A DNA stretch of 64,000 nt, taken from positions 372,001 to 436,000 of the forward strand of contig NW_003314330.1 of NCBI RefSeq assembly GCF_000143415.4, given 5' to 3'. The DNA is from Selaginella moellendorffii. Taxonomy: Eukaryota; Plantae; Lycopodiophyta. Within the stretch, counting starts at the first letter, position 1. Each line of letters opens with the position of its first letter. A program made the translations under genes and the position numbers. Under the pieces are notes generated by a model. The model had not been told where the DNA came from. It did not search any database and saw only the letters and a program-made list of their open reading frames with translations. Positions 18,619-30,412 of this stretch are shown here, in pieces.

Positions 18619-19341
18619 ACAGGCTTGTGTCTGATGATGCTCAAGGCTATGGCTTGCGCGAGCGGATTGTCCCTCCCATCCCTCGTTCTTGCGGGATTGG
18701 AGCTAGGGTTATTGTCTCGCCGCTAGGGCCTGCTAAGGGCGACGACGATCTCCAGCGCGGCCGGCGCGCCACAGGTGGCTCGATTCTTCGCGTCTTGTTC
18801 TCTCCGGCGGCTGGCTTGTGAGCTCGAAGCTCCTCTTCGTGATTCCAGGGCCGTGCTACGGTAGGTCTGTAGAAATCTCATGGATGGAGAGGGCTTAGAG
18901 TACAGTGGGCTGCTGGAATGGAATTCCAGTCGAGTGTGAATGATCTCGCGGCCCAGGAGGATGAGTGGGAATGCTTGCCGGTTTAAAGCCGCATTATGGT
19001 GAGCTCCATAGATAGATGATAGATCTCGTCCGGCAAGGTGAGCGGGATTTCGTGGTACATCCACACAGCTGGTCGCTATTTAAGAAATTTGGCCTGGGCT
19101 CCTCCTGGATTGCCACTGCTGCCATCAATTCCTCTTTTTGAGAGTCAAGCGATTTCTCCAAGTCCAGGTTAGCGGCTTCATTTATTTCTTCCCTTCCAGT
19201 TTTTTTGTTTCTTCCTCTTCCTCGTTTTTCTTTTTTCTTTTTACTGGAGCTAACGAACAGTGATCGCTGACGATGCTCCAGGCACCCAAGGGTGATGCAC
19301 ACATATTTTGTACCATTCGGCTGACTTGAAGTGGCGATGAG

Positions 19342-20973
19342 ATGAGCTTAGTGGTTATGGAGGAGCAAAGTCAACCTGTCTTTCGGGATTTTTTGGGCTC
19401 GTCAGCGGCCCCCAATCCAGAGACAAAGCAGCCGGAGCTGTCGGCGACGGACTCGGTCAGGGTTTCGCAAAACAGTGGCTTCATGGAGCAAGAGGATGGA
19501 GAGGCGTCTGTAAGAGGGGGATCCACATTCTCGGCGCCATGTCCATCGTCGGCCCCAGGTCCCAGCTTCCCGGCCTCATCCGACCCAGGAACGGGTAAAG
19601 TTTTTCTCCGTCACGGCTACGGAGCTATGAAGCTGACAGTCTCTTGTCTTTTCACAGAGCTCTGGCGCCATGGCAAAGCTCCTGCTGGTATGCCATTTAG
19701 TCATGCCATCAAGGCTGCTAATTGCGTGAATGATGACGTTACGAGGAAACGGGAGGAGCTTGCAAACAGGGCTGCTTTCAGGGAGAATGATATGATGGAG
19801 GGCTCGCGTCCTAGCAAGGTATGGTTGCTCCAATCTCGCTTACAGAAATATCTCACCCTCTCTTTCTTTTCTTGTTTCAAGGCTTCCCGGTTTAAGCAAA
19901 GAGAAAACGAGACCCTTCCAAGTACAGGTGATTTCGGCCTCACGATGCAGCCTCCTCGAACCTCGCAAGCTGGAGGTAACTTGTGGCTCCAAACTTCGGT
20001 TTTTAATCCGTCCACGGGTACGTCGAAGCGGATAGAATCTTCCAGGCCGACTTCGGGCGTGCCTATGCTAGCTCGTCCTATGCAAGCCACCTCGGGTGCT
20101 ACCGCAGGTGCTACTGCTGGCGGGGTGTTTTCGCGCAACCCTGCGAGCAGCATTCTGCCTCCTCCAGCGGACGAGGGATCTAGAACAGGTTTGCAAGGTG
20201 GTGGCATCGCAGCACTCATCAACAGCGCTAATGCCAAGCTGCCGTCGGCAAGACCGCTCGCTGAGCCTCCGGCGCTCGAGCGCACTGCTAGTCTGGACAG
20301 ACCGAAGCCTCCTCTCCAAAATGGAGGCTCAGATTCTTTACTGCCCTCGTAAGCTAACTCTACATCTTCGAGTCACTGCGAAACAAAGCTAATGTTTTTC
20401 CTTGCCGCAGACACAAGACTTCGACAACGTCAGCTACTCGGCAGCTGACAATATTCTACGGGGGACATGCTCATGTGTTTGACGATGTATCTCCGGAAAA
20501 GGTGAGAAGAAACTCCCAAGTCAATTTTATTTTTTTATTCTTTTTTCCTTTCTCATGCTTTGGCTTTGATCGTGGCATTCCAGGCAGACGCGATCATGCA
20601 AATGGCTGGCTCCAACGGGAGATCGTGGTCCACGACGTATGCTCATCGATCCTCGCGGTCCGAGGGCTCTCTGGCCGATCTCCGACGAGAGAAAGCCGCG
20701 ATTGGCGCGACCTCACTGACGGTTCCATCGGAGAACCAAAACGCTCCTTCGAATCTCCAGCGCAAGCACAGGATTCCCCCCGACCACCACACTGTCAAAG
20801 TCGGGATTCCTGGAGACGTGCCAGTTCCTTCAGGTACTTCCAAACAGCTCCAAAGTTGTTCTAAAGCGTTCTTTTCCTTAACTTCGCAGGCATTCCAATT
20901 GGAGATGGAAATCGATTCGCAATGGCCAACGGCCGAGCCCCTGCTGGACTTCACGGCTCCTTCTACAACATGA
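19342..20973 (+). CDS. TIFY8: TIFY-domain protein, TIFY8-like (no Jas motif seen), multi-exon
   Basis: N-terminal PVFRDFLG, PPPADEGSRTG, and spliced RQLTIFYGGHAHVFDDVSPEK-ADAIMQMAGSNGRSWST match the TIFY8 subfamily. The 3' end is uncertain (20864 or 20973). Confidence 0.85.
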
Positions 20974-21204
20974 AAGAGGTAAAAAAAAACCTCTTTTTTG
21001 GTGGATTTATGCTGAAAGATTGGATTTCTTTGCATTGCAGACCGCTAGCAATGGCCAGCACTGGCTATAGACAGGTTTGGCACTAGGTAGTGTAAATTAT
21101 GACAACATCGAGCTTTTACAATTTTCTCGCCTTCCATTGGCTGCGTGGCACTGTGACGTGGAGCTGATGTGTACTAGGGCTTCGCAATTTCTAGGGTTTG
21201 TGCG

Positions 21205-21559
21205 ATGGCTGAGGCGCGCTCGGTAATGCGGGCGCTGCTGCGCGCCCGGAAGGTCGCATTCAAGGGCGACAGGCCGATGATCGACGCGGCCGCGAAGCAC
21301 GTACGATCGATCTTCGAGGAGCGGCGGCGGGTGAGCGATCCGGTGGAGCTTGAGAAGAATCTCCAGGAGGGGCGGGAGGCGGCGCAATACCTGGTGGAGA
21401 ATGTAATCCAAGCCAAGAGGAATTCGCAAGGCCACTACGGTAAGCAGATTCTCTAGTCCCTCTTGTGATTATTGAACCATAGCGATGGTATGGTTTTCTC
21501 TAGCAATGGGCTTAAAGAAGGAACACATGGGAATGGAATTTGAGGGAGCGTCTCGATAA
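21205..21559 (+). CDS. Mitochondrial LYR-motif protein, Mzm1/LYRM7-like (complex III Rieske chaperone), 2 exons
   Basis: MRALLRARKVAFKGD...VRSIFEE...EAAQYLVENVIQAK; exon 2 AMGLKKEHMG...*. Confidence 0.8.
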
Positions 21560-21957
21560 GCTCGTTGGTATAGATTCTACTTTTTGCTACTTCCTACTGA
21601 TTGCTGGAATCCTGGATGCTTTCAATAACCTTTTGACATTTTTGTCATTTTTTTTTTTTTGAGATATGCAATACTTTTTGGCTGAAAACCTTTATACCTT
21701 CTTCGTTGTTATTTGACAAATGCAAATAAACCATTGTATGTTAAAAGAATAAACCTAAACCTCTAAACACTATTAGGCATTAAGGACAGGTTTGTAACCT
21801 CAGCATCGCTTTTCCGAAGGATTTGAGAGGCCTCAAAGGGAGTTGGAGAGTATGGAGTGTCTATCAATTAATCATCCAGAATGCCGATCCAAGGTAGTAG
21901 TGCATGTGAAACTCTCTTGTAAAATTTGAATTGAATATGAAGTTTATGAACCTTTCG

Positions 21958-23642
21958 TTATGTAGCTTGCAGCTTTATTCTCTTGTAGCCTTCTCTTTGC
22001 TTGGAAAGCATCATATCAGCGGATATGCTGTTGGCCAGCGTGCATACCTTTCGAGGTCTTGGCCCATTTCTTGGTAGTGTGAGCTCGTGTCCGGGCAAGC
22101 TGGATTCCAGCGTCATCCGCTGCGCTTCTGGTGGTGGCACCGGTTTGAACTTGAGCAGCTTCCCATACTCTCGGAGCAGCTGAAGCATGTACTGGTACAC
22201 GAAGTCCATGCTGAGATCTTTGTCTAGAAATGACTTTGCACATTCCCCAATTGCAGCGGCCTGGAGCACGAGAGGGTTTACGGACTATTGTTGACTAAGG
22301 CGAGATCCAAAGTCTTACCTCCTTCGGGTGAGCATTTCCCCAGTCGACAGCAAACTTAGTCGAGTTGCAAATGTTGTCTCTATCCACAGGCCAAAAATGA
22401 ACGAAAGGAATCAGTGACCGGGCGAAGAACTCCTGAAACATCGGCTCGATTTGTAGGACTGTTGAACCGCATGCCAATATGTACTTGAAACTGACAGACC
22501 ATCCTCCTCCTTGGACATAAATCTTATACCTGAAACAGAGTCACCCTCAGCAAGCAATCAACCAAATGAAACACCTGTGTTGGCACTGTTTTGACAAGTC
22601 TGAATTGTTAAAATTGCGTTCCCTTTCAGCAAACCAGTCCTGCACAGGTCATTGTAACATTTTCAAGCCTTTTGACAGAATTCACTCACCTGGTGGTATG
22701 TTACGAGGTTGTAGTTGTGCGTGTTGTTGGCGGTGCATTTGACCAAGTCCGCTCTAGCCGGACCCATGTCGTAGTTCCCCTTCCAGAATGCTATCGGCTG
22801 CCTGTGTGACCAATCTAGTTTCTTGGCTCCAGAAAAGATTTTTCCCTTTTCTAAACTCCAGGGAAGGATATTAACTTCTGGCCTGTACACCAGAGTGCAT
22901 GCTCAGTTCCGAAACGACCAAAAACACTCAGACTCACCATCCCCAATAGGACCAATCTGGAAACACAATGTCGTAGTGGTCACCTCTGCTGGTGCAATAA
23001 AGGAACAGTGGCGGAGGAGGCCAGGATCCATTCTTCTCAGGCTGGTGCTCCGCTCTGAACACGAGTGGCCAATCTCCGCAGTTGAACATGAGGTCAACGT
23101 CAGGAACCATCCCTGGATACTCTTTCAGCAGCATTAGCAAACCCCACAGCGTGAAATCATCCCGGGTTTCGAAGCACTTATTGTATCGCTCCATGTAGAG
23201 AGTCCCGTTAACTATTACTACACGGAAATCTGCTTTGGATCGAGCATCTTGGAGGTTTTGTTGGGAAATCCCTGTTTCTTTCCAAGGTGCGAGATCATTC
23301 TCAATCCAGGCGAAGTACGAAGGGCATTGATTTTCCGAATTTGGGGATAGACATCTCTGGAGCTCCCGCAGATCGCTCTTCTGCAGCCTGAAGAAAGAGC
23401 CTGGAGAATCTGAAGCAGAAGCGGACTCCTGACTGCTCAAGGTCCAGGTCCAATCCCAGTTCCAGTTCCAATTCACAGCCTTCAATTCAAAATCCAAGCA
23501 GCCAATTAACGCGAATTTCTCTTGAGAAGCTCACCTGAAGATGCTCCGTAACGAAGACGAATAAGATCAGCGTAACAATGATAACAATCCCGGGCTTGCT
23601 GAGCTTCCTCCAAAGAGGCGAAATCGCAGTGAACTCCACCAT
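21958..23642 (-). CDS. Glycosyltransferase family 90 (CAP10/POGLUT-like) type II membrane protein
   Basis: N-terminal TM, CPSYFAWIENDLAPW, VPDVDLMFNCGDWP, DIVFPDWSYWGW, YKIYVQGGGWSVSFKYILAC, VYQYMLQLLREYGKL. Confidence 0.9.
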
Positions 23643-24637
23643 AACTTCAGAGCGAGACTGTTGACAAAACAGTCATAAGAAAATCGAGTGGTTGACTTCC
23701 AAGCACGAAAAGATTAAGTTTACATTTCCATGCATGCCAGAAATTAAGGCATGAATGATACTTAGTTCAACATCAGCCATTACTGTTTGTTAGGTATAAA
23801 ACCACTTGGGATCATTGTTCCACTTTCTTGTGCTTGAGCCGCCCGAATCTCCTCCGTTCTACGCAGGTATTCAGACCTTTCAGCTGGCGTAAACTGCTGC
23901 ATTTCCTCGGCTTCTCTCTGGGCATTCCGAGAGAGCGATCGAGCTGTTCGAGCAAATGCCTGAGAATGATTCGATCTCCCACTCGTGATCAGCAACGACC
24001 TGGAAGGAGCCTTGGAGAGAGCCTTTGCTTACTCGATGTCTATAAAAAAATTAAGAACTTGGAAGCAGAGAAGGCAAGTTGATTCTTCTAAACATTGGAG
24101 CCACTGGAGCTCACAACAACCCAAGAGGCGCACACACACATAAAGGAGGCGCAAGAAGGAATCAATGGGAGAAGAAAAACTATCAAAAGGAAGTAACTTT
24201 CCACTGAAAGATCCCTTGTAAAGTAGGCTGGAATATTGAAGATTGAGTTAACGCAAAGATTTCTTCTGTTTGCAACACAAAATAGTGGTAAATTGCAGCC
24301 AAGTTCCTTCCTCACTATCTTCTCTCTTTTGTTAGTTTCTTGCACCAATTTGTGGTTCTAAAACCATTCTCGCACCAACTCGTGATTTTGAAACCCTTTG
24401 ATCTTCCTAGATGGATTAGAGTGATAATTCGTTCTTTGAAAATGTTCGCACTTGAGAGGCTGTGTTTTGGGCCATATCTGTCCAGCACGGCCTTAGTAGT
24501 CCTCTTGAATCGTGATCCCTTTGACATCTCGATCCTGTGCTAGATGGATACGTTGGAGCTACTTACATTTGGCAATCAAGACGATGTTATGTACAATCTG
24601 GCTATTTACAAATCAGACGTTTTCTCGTCTTCTTTCC

Positions 24638-25468
24638 TCACGGGTCTGCTTGCCAGCCCATGGTGTCGTCTTCGCTCGACGTGTAGCCATCGTCACTGAT
24701 CTCCTCGTCACTGCTCTCTTCCACAGCGGTTTGCGCATCTTTGGGCTTGGCATATCTCTCGCAGTACTCTATAATCCAAAGCACACCACAGAACTTCAAA
24801 GCTAAACTAGAGGATTTCTTACCTTTCACCTTTTGCTCGTACTTTTCTTTGTCCCTCATCATCAGCGACCCGGCCTCGCCATTCAAAGGGTCACTTGGAT
24901 TTGGATACAGCAGCAGCTGCGGAAGGAATGACTCGAAAACATTGACGAGGTCTGCCAAAACCAATACAAGCTCGAACCCAAAAGAAGAACAAAGACTGAA
25001 GAAACAAAAACTTTACCAAACATGGGGCTCCAAGTGTGATTGATCACATCCAGGCAAACAGATCCCGAGCTGAAAAGCACCGTCAGTCGCAGAGACAATG
25101 AGTCGAGAAAGAAAATTTACGACTCGTCGACATTCGGATGGAAGATCTTGTTCACGAATCCAATGGAGGGCGATTTGTAGGGATAAGAGTCGGGAAGCTC
25201 AACGCGGACCTTCCACACTCCACTCTCATAAGGACCTGGCAATAGAATTCCTGGAATGATCTATCCCAAATTGAATGAAGAGAGTTCTTACTGTCTGCTG
25301 GACCCTGAAAATCCACAATGAACTCGTTCATGCCATCGTTGAGCATTTCCACCTTGTAATCGCTCATCATGCTGCCATAGCGCGATCGATTAGAGAATGG
25401 AAGCCTCGATGGCAACAAACTCACAGCTTCATCACATCCATCTCCCGGCGCCGGCTTGGAGACGACAT
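24638..25468 (-). CDS. UBC4: Ubiquitin-conjugating enzyme E2, UBC4/5/6 (UBE2H) group, multi-exon
   Basis: [59 protein letters not shown], acidic tail. Confidence 0.93.
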
Positions 25469-25566
25469 TGCCCAAAAACCCTAAACAAATGAGCGTGTTC
25501 TATACATATACCAGCGTAGAATATTCTAGTGGATTTGGGGCATTTGGGGCATTTGGGATGGGATGA

Positions 25567-28266
25567 ATGCTTGCCAAGAGAGAAAGAAGGGAGGTCTACA
25601 ACCAATGCATCCAGCGTCTCCAGGAATGCGCCAATGCGCGGGCGCTGGGCGATGGCAAGCGCGCTCACGAGCTCATCCAGGAATCGGGCTGGATCCACGA
25701 CAGGCTGCTGGGAAATCTCCTCATCCGGATGTATGGCATCTGCGGCTGCCTGGCCGACGCCATCGCCGCCTTCGATGCGATCCGGGAGCGCAACGTCTAC
25801 TCCTGGAATCTCATCGTTGCGGCGAATGCCCAGAACGGGCAGCTCCATCACGCGGCGGCGCTCTTCGATCGCATGCCACAGCGGGATTTGTTCGCGTGGA
25901 ACGCGATGATAGGGATTTTCTGCCAGGCCTCGCATCTGGAGGAGGCCAAGAGCGTCTTTGATCGGATGCCGGAGAGGGAGGCGCTGTCTTGGAACTCGAT
26001 TCTTGCGGCCTTCTCTCAAAACAGCCATGCTCACCACGCTCTCGAAATATTTCGCAGGATGCCGGCGCGCGATCTCTCCTCCTGGAATTCGATGATACAG
26101 ATCCACGCGCAGCTGGATCAGACCGACGCCCTGCCGGGATTGTTCGACGCAATGCCAGAACGAGACGTGATTTCCTGGACGACGATCGTCGCGGCATTCG
26201 CAAGAAAAGGGCAAATGGAGAGGGCGGGGGAGATCTTCCGCCTGATGCCACAGACCAACACTCGCGGCTGGAATGTGATCCTCGTCGGCTCCTCCCGCGG
26301 TGCCAGATCCATCTTCGACACCATGCCGGAGAGAGATCTCGTCTCGTGGAACGAATTCATCGCCGCCAGTGCCAAGATCGGCGATCTCGACGCCGCCTCG
26401 ACGATCTTCCAGCTGATGCCGCGGCGCGACGTGATTTCCTGGACGACGATGCTCCACGGCGTGATGAGCTATGGGCGCCTGGAGCACGCCAAGGAGCTCT
26501 TCGACGAGATTCCGGCGCGGAATGTCGTGACGTGGACGGTGGCGATTACGTCCTACGGCGACGGTGGCGATGTGGATTCCGCGCGGGAGGCCTTCGCGCG
26601 AATGCCCCAGCACAATCTCTTCACCTGGAACGCGATGATGAGTGCTCTCTCTGATCAAGGTAACGCGATCCATCTCCAGGATGCCAGGGATATCTTTGAT
26701 GCTCTGCCTTACAGGGACACGATCTCTTGGAACACTCTCATCTCCGGCTATGCCCAGCAGGGGCAAATCTGTGATGCGTTTGATCTCTTCGCCCATATGC
26801 CCGGCCGCGACAATGTCTCCTGGAACGCAATCCTCCTGGCCTACACCGAGGGATCGCTGCTCCAAAACGCGATCGCGCTCTTCGATCGAATGCCCTGCCG
26901 GGATCTCATCGCGTGGAACACGATGATCCGGGCGTATGCCCTGGACGGGCATATCGACGAGGCACGGCAGGCGTTTGACGGCGCGGATGAGAAAGACGGG
27001 GTGGCGTGGACGGCCATGATCCGCGGGTACAACCACAATGGCTGCTCCGGCGAGGCCATTCGTCTCTTCATGGCGATGGACCTGGAAGGGATCAAGCCTT
27101 CCGGCGGGCTGTGCTTTGTGGCGGCGCTCAATTCGTGCTCGGCACCGCGGTTTCTCGAGCAGGGCAGGCGATTGTGTGAGAGGATCCTGGCGCTGGGTCT
27201 CGAGAGCGATCAGCTGGTAGCGGCGGGGCTGATCTACATGCTGGGAAAATGCGGGGATCTCCAGAAGGCTGCGCGATTCTACCGCGAGGAGCTCTCGGAG
27301 GATCGGCGAATTGCCGTGGCGGGAGCGATGATCTCGGCCCTCGCAGCGAATTCCCAGGTGGGCGCTGCACGGGAGCTCTTCGATCGTCTCCCAGAGCCCA
27401 CGAAGGACTGGAATGCGATGATCCAAGCTCACGTCGCGGCCGGGGAGATCGACAGAGCGGAGGAGCTCTTCCAGGAGATCCCAGCTCCAGACATCGTGAC
27501 CTGGTCGACGATGATCGCTGGCTACGCGCGATCCGGGCGAGGCGAGGAGGCGCTGCAGAGATTCCGGTCCATGGATCTGGAGGGCGTGCGCGCCGACGCC
27601 AGATCGTTCGTGGCGGCGGTGGAGGCGAGCGCGATCACTGCCGATTCATCGCAGCTGGAGACGATCCACGCGCTCGCGGTGGAATGCGACCTGGATTCAC
27701 ACACGATCGTGGGTACGAGCATCGTGGACGCGCTGTGCAAGCGCGGCAGCCTCGCCCACGCCTGGATCGCCTTCGCCAAGATCTCCAGCCGGCCCAGGAT
27801 CCCATGGAGCGCCATGGTCGGGGGTCTCGCACGGAACGGATATTCCCGCGAGTCTGTGGCGCTGTTCCGGGAGATGCTCGCGTACGGCGCCGCCCCCGAC
27901 GCCGTCACCTTCGTGTCCGTGCTGGCGGCGTGCAGCCACGGTGGGATGCTGCGCGATGGCGTCGGCTACTTCGTGGCGATGCCGTTGGATTTTGGAGTGT
28001 CGCCCACCGTGGATCACTACCGGTGTGTGGTGGATTTGCTTGGACGAGCCGGGCTGCTGGGAGAGGCCGAGGAGTTTTTGGAGGAGGCGATGCCGGTTTT
28101 GGGGAGGGAGGATAGCGTGGCGTGGACGTCGCTGCTGGGATCGTGTTGGAGCCATGGAGAAGTGGAGCGTGGGAAGCGACTGGGAGAGTTGGCGGTGGGG
28201 TTTAATTGGGAGGAGCAATCCTCGTCCCCCTTTGTGCTGCTCTCCCACTTATCATGCTCGGACTAG
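25567..28266 (+). CDS. Intronless PLS-class PPR protein with long short-repeat array and truncated E domain
   Basis: 899-aa ORF with repeated FDRMPERDxxSWN motifs, DAVTFVSVLAACSHGG, HYRCVVDLLGRAG; ends at PFVLLSHL with no DYW. Confidence 0.93.
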   Translation: MLAKRERREVYNQCIQRLQECANARALGDGKRAHELIQESGWIHDRLLGNLLIRMYGICGCLADAIAAFDAIRERNVYSWNLIVAANAQNGQLHHAAALFDRMPQRDLFAWNAMIGIFCQASHLEEAKSVFDRMPEREALSWNSILAAFSQNSHAHHALEIFRRMPARDLSSWNSMIQIHAQLDQTDALPGLFDAMPERDVISWTTIVAAFARKGQMERAGEIFRLMPQTNTRGWNVILVGSSRGARSIFDTMPERDLVSWNEFIAASAKIGDLDAASTIFQLMPRRDVISWTTMLHGVMSYGRLEHAKELFDEIPARNVVTWTVAITSYGDGGDVDSAREAFARMPQHNLFTWNAMMSALSDQGNAIHLQDARDIFDALPYRDTISWNTLISGYAQQGQICDAFDLFAHMPGRDNVSWNAILLAYTEGSLLQNAIALFDRMPCRDLIAWNTMIRAYALDGHIDEARQAFDGADEKDGVAWTAMIRGYNHNGCSGEAIRLFMAMDLEGIKPSGGLCFVAALNSCSAPRFLEQGRRLCERILALGLESDQLVAAGLIYMLGKCGDLQKAARFYREELSEDRRIAVAGAMISALAANSQVGAARELFDRLPEPTKDWNAMIQAHVAAGEIDRAEELFQEIPAPDIVTWSTMIAGYARSGRGEEALQRFRSMDLEGVRADARSFVAAVEASAITADSSQLETIHALAVECDLDSHTIVGTSIVDALCKRGSLAHAWIAFAKISSRPRIPWSAMVGGLARNGYSRESVALFREMLAYGAAPDAVTFVSVLAACSHGGMLRDGVGYFVAMPLDFGVSPTVDHYRCVVDLLGRAGLLGEAEEFLEEAMPVLGREDSVAWTSLLGSCWSHGEVERGKRLGELAVGFNWEEQSSSPFVLLSHLSCSD

Positions 28267-28490
28267 GCAGAATCGGCTTCCTTCTGCAAAATTTATTATT
28301 TTTGTTAGATTCTAGACATCCATCCTTTGTGAGGTTGAAACAAAGCACACTAACAGGAAGAGGATTAATTAACAAGACATTAATGTTTGCTCTACTATAA
28401 AAAGTTGAAAATTGATCACAGGAAAAGAATAAAATATGTCAACGAATCTCGGTGAGATCCGCCAAAACGATGCCGCCAAAAAAAACGCTT

Positions 28491-28930
28491 TCACTACTTG
28501 CCGATTACATCCTGGATCAAATCGGCAGCGTCTTGCACGGTGACAATCTTCTCGGTTCGCTCCTCGCCCAGGCTGATCTTGCAGTTCTCCTCGAGTTGCA
28601 TCATCACCTCAACCTTTGGAGACGAATCAAAGTATCCTCGAGCGAGTCGGCTCCAAGATCGGTGAACTTGGCGGCCGGAGTGACGCTGGACTGATCGATT
28701 GAGAGCTGGGTGGCGATGATCTTCTGGACTGAAGCAAGCTTTGCCTGTGGAAAAAGAAGATCAAAGACTCGCAATCCCCTAGAGAAAAATCCGAGCACTA
28801 GAAGAAAGGCATATAGAAGCATACCGTGAGGGAGCAACCTCGCTTGCTGGGGATGCTTGTCAAGACAATGGCGTTGGCCCTGAATCCGACCACCGGGGAA
28901 GCTCTCACAAGGGATCCGACGCTTGCAGCA
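28491..28930 (-). pseudogene. Degenerate duplicate of the plastid acyl carrier protein gene
   Basis: Near-identical to 32438-32930 but lacks the start region, has a 9-nt deletion (KPETL to KL), and a deletion removing DT and the intron donor after GADSL. Confidence 0.8.
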
Positions 28931-29035
28931 GGCTGATGAGAGAAGCAAAGCCTCACGGCCTAGTGCTCTATAGAGAATGAGAACACTCCCAGCGGGAAAG
29001 AAAACTAAGAAAGCCCTAAACTGAAGGAATGCGAG

Positions 29036-29750
29036 TGGTATCGGAGCAATAGGTTAGATTCTTTTTGGCACGAACAGTGCCATAGACGCTAGGACAGGAT
29101 GGCATCGTCTTCTTCCTCCAGAGACATGGAGCAGTTCGATGGGATGAATTTCTTTGCCTGGAAAGAATGTGCACAGTTTTGGTTTATGAGGTGGGGACTT
29201 TTGGTATGTGGTATCTGGATTGAGAAAATGCCCATCCAAGGACGATGATGACACAGTGAGTGGAAAGACTTGGATGCTAGGGCAAATGGAGCATTAAGAG
29301 GAGGATTTAACCCTCTCTACAATGTTCACGTGAATGTGGAGAAGAGTTCTATTGAGAATTGGAAGTTAATTTGTGAAATTATGGAAGTGGACCTGCAAGA
29401 AGATGTGGATGTGATTTTTTGTCGCAGTGAGCTATACAGGCTCAAGCAGCAACCACACGAACACGTGCAAAATTACATCACTAGGCTTCAGCGTAAAGTG
29501 GTGGAGATTAGACTGCTAAATCTAGAAGCTGCTGTGATAGATTAAGAGTTTAATGCAGTTTTATTTAAGGGGCTTGCAACTCGTGCTATAAAGTCTTATT
29601 TTCATTATATCAAGAAGATTCCTAACATTACACAGCAGCTCATCAAACATGAGAAAACCGTTATACGTGAAGGCAATGTTGCTGAGTGGGACAGAATTGC
29701 CATGGTGATTTGTGGTAATCAGCACACATAAGCAGGGTGCTCCTCTATCT
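29036..29750 (+). mobile_element. Ty1/copia retrotransposon remnant: PBS-like site plus degenerate gag
   Basis: TGGTATCGGAGC (one mismatch to the tRNA-Met PBS) at 29036, then from ATG 29099 MASSSSSRDMEQFDGMNFFAWKE...GL, and later ELYRLKQQPHEHVQNYITRLQ (gag/UBN2-like), with frameshifts and stops. Confidence 0.7.
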
Positions 29751-30412
29751 GGAGTGCTTATTTCCAAGTCGATTAAAGATAGAGGAGCACCCTGCTTATG
29801 TGTGCTGATTACCACAAGTCACCATGGCAATTCTGTCCCACTCAGCAACATTGCCTTCACCTATAACGGTTTTCTCATGTTCGATGAGCTTAGTAAAAAT
29901 CTGCCACTATGTAATGTTGGGAATCTTTTTGATATAATGAAGATGAGACTTCATAGCACGAATTGCAAGCCCTTTAAACAGAATTGCATTAAACTCTTGA
30001 TCTGTCATAACAACTTCTGGATCTAGCAATCGAATTTCCACCACTTTGCACTGAAACTTGGTGATGTAATTTTGCATGTGCTCATATGGCTGTTGTTCTA
30101 GGCTATATAGCTCATTGCGATGAAGAATTATATCCACATCTTCTTGTAAATCCATTCCCATAATTTCACAAATTGACTTCCAACTCCTAATAGAAGTCTC
30201 CTTCACATTCATGTGGATACTATAGAGAGGCTTAAGTCTTCCTCCTAATGCTCTATTTGCCCTAGCATCCAGGTCTTTTCACTGTATGGATTATCATTCT
30301 TGGATGGGCATTTTTTCAATCCAAATACTATAGGCCAAAGTCCCCACCTCATAAACCAAAACTATGCACATTCTTTCCAAACAAGGAAATTTGTCCTATC
30401 AAACTGTTTGTC
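29127..30412. repeat. Long inverted repeat (arms ~29127-29750 and ~29777-30412, 26-nt loop)
   Basis: The arms are reverse complements, and mirrored ORFs (29561..29815- vs 29712..30026+) translate nearly identically. Confidence 0.95.

Noticed and set aside
18139-18726. 195-aa plus-strand ORF
   Set aside because: Non-ATG start, no recognisable motifs, and it overlaps the G-box-rich promoter region.
19342-20973. Calling this a JAZ repressor
   Set aside because: No Jas (SLxxFLxKRKxR) motif seen; the TIFY context matches TIFY8.
25432-27432. 666-aa minus-strand ORF
   Set aside because: Antisense shadow of the GC-rich PPR gene; its periodicity mirrors the PPR repeats and it has no independent motifs.
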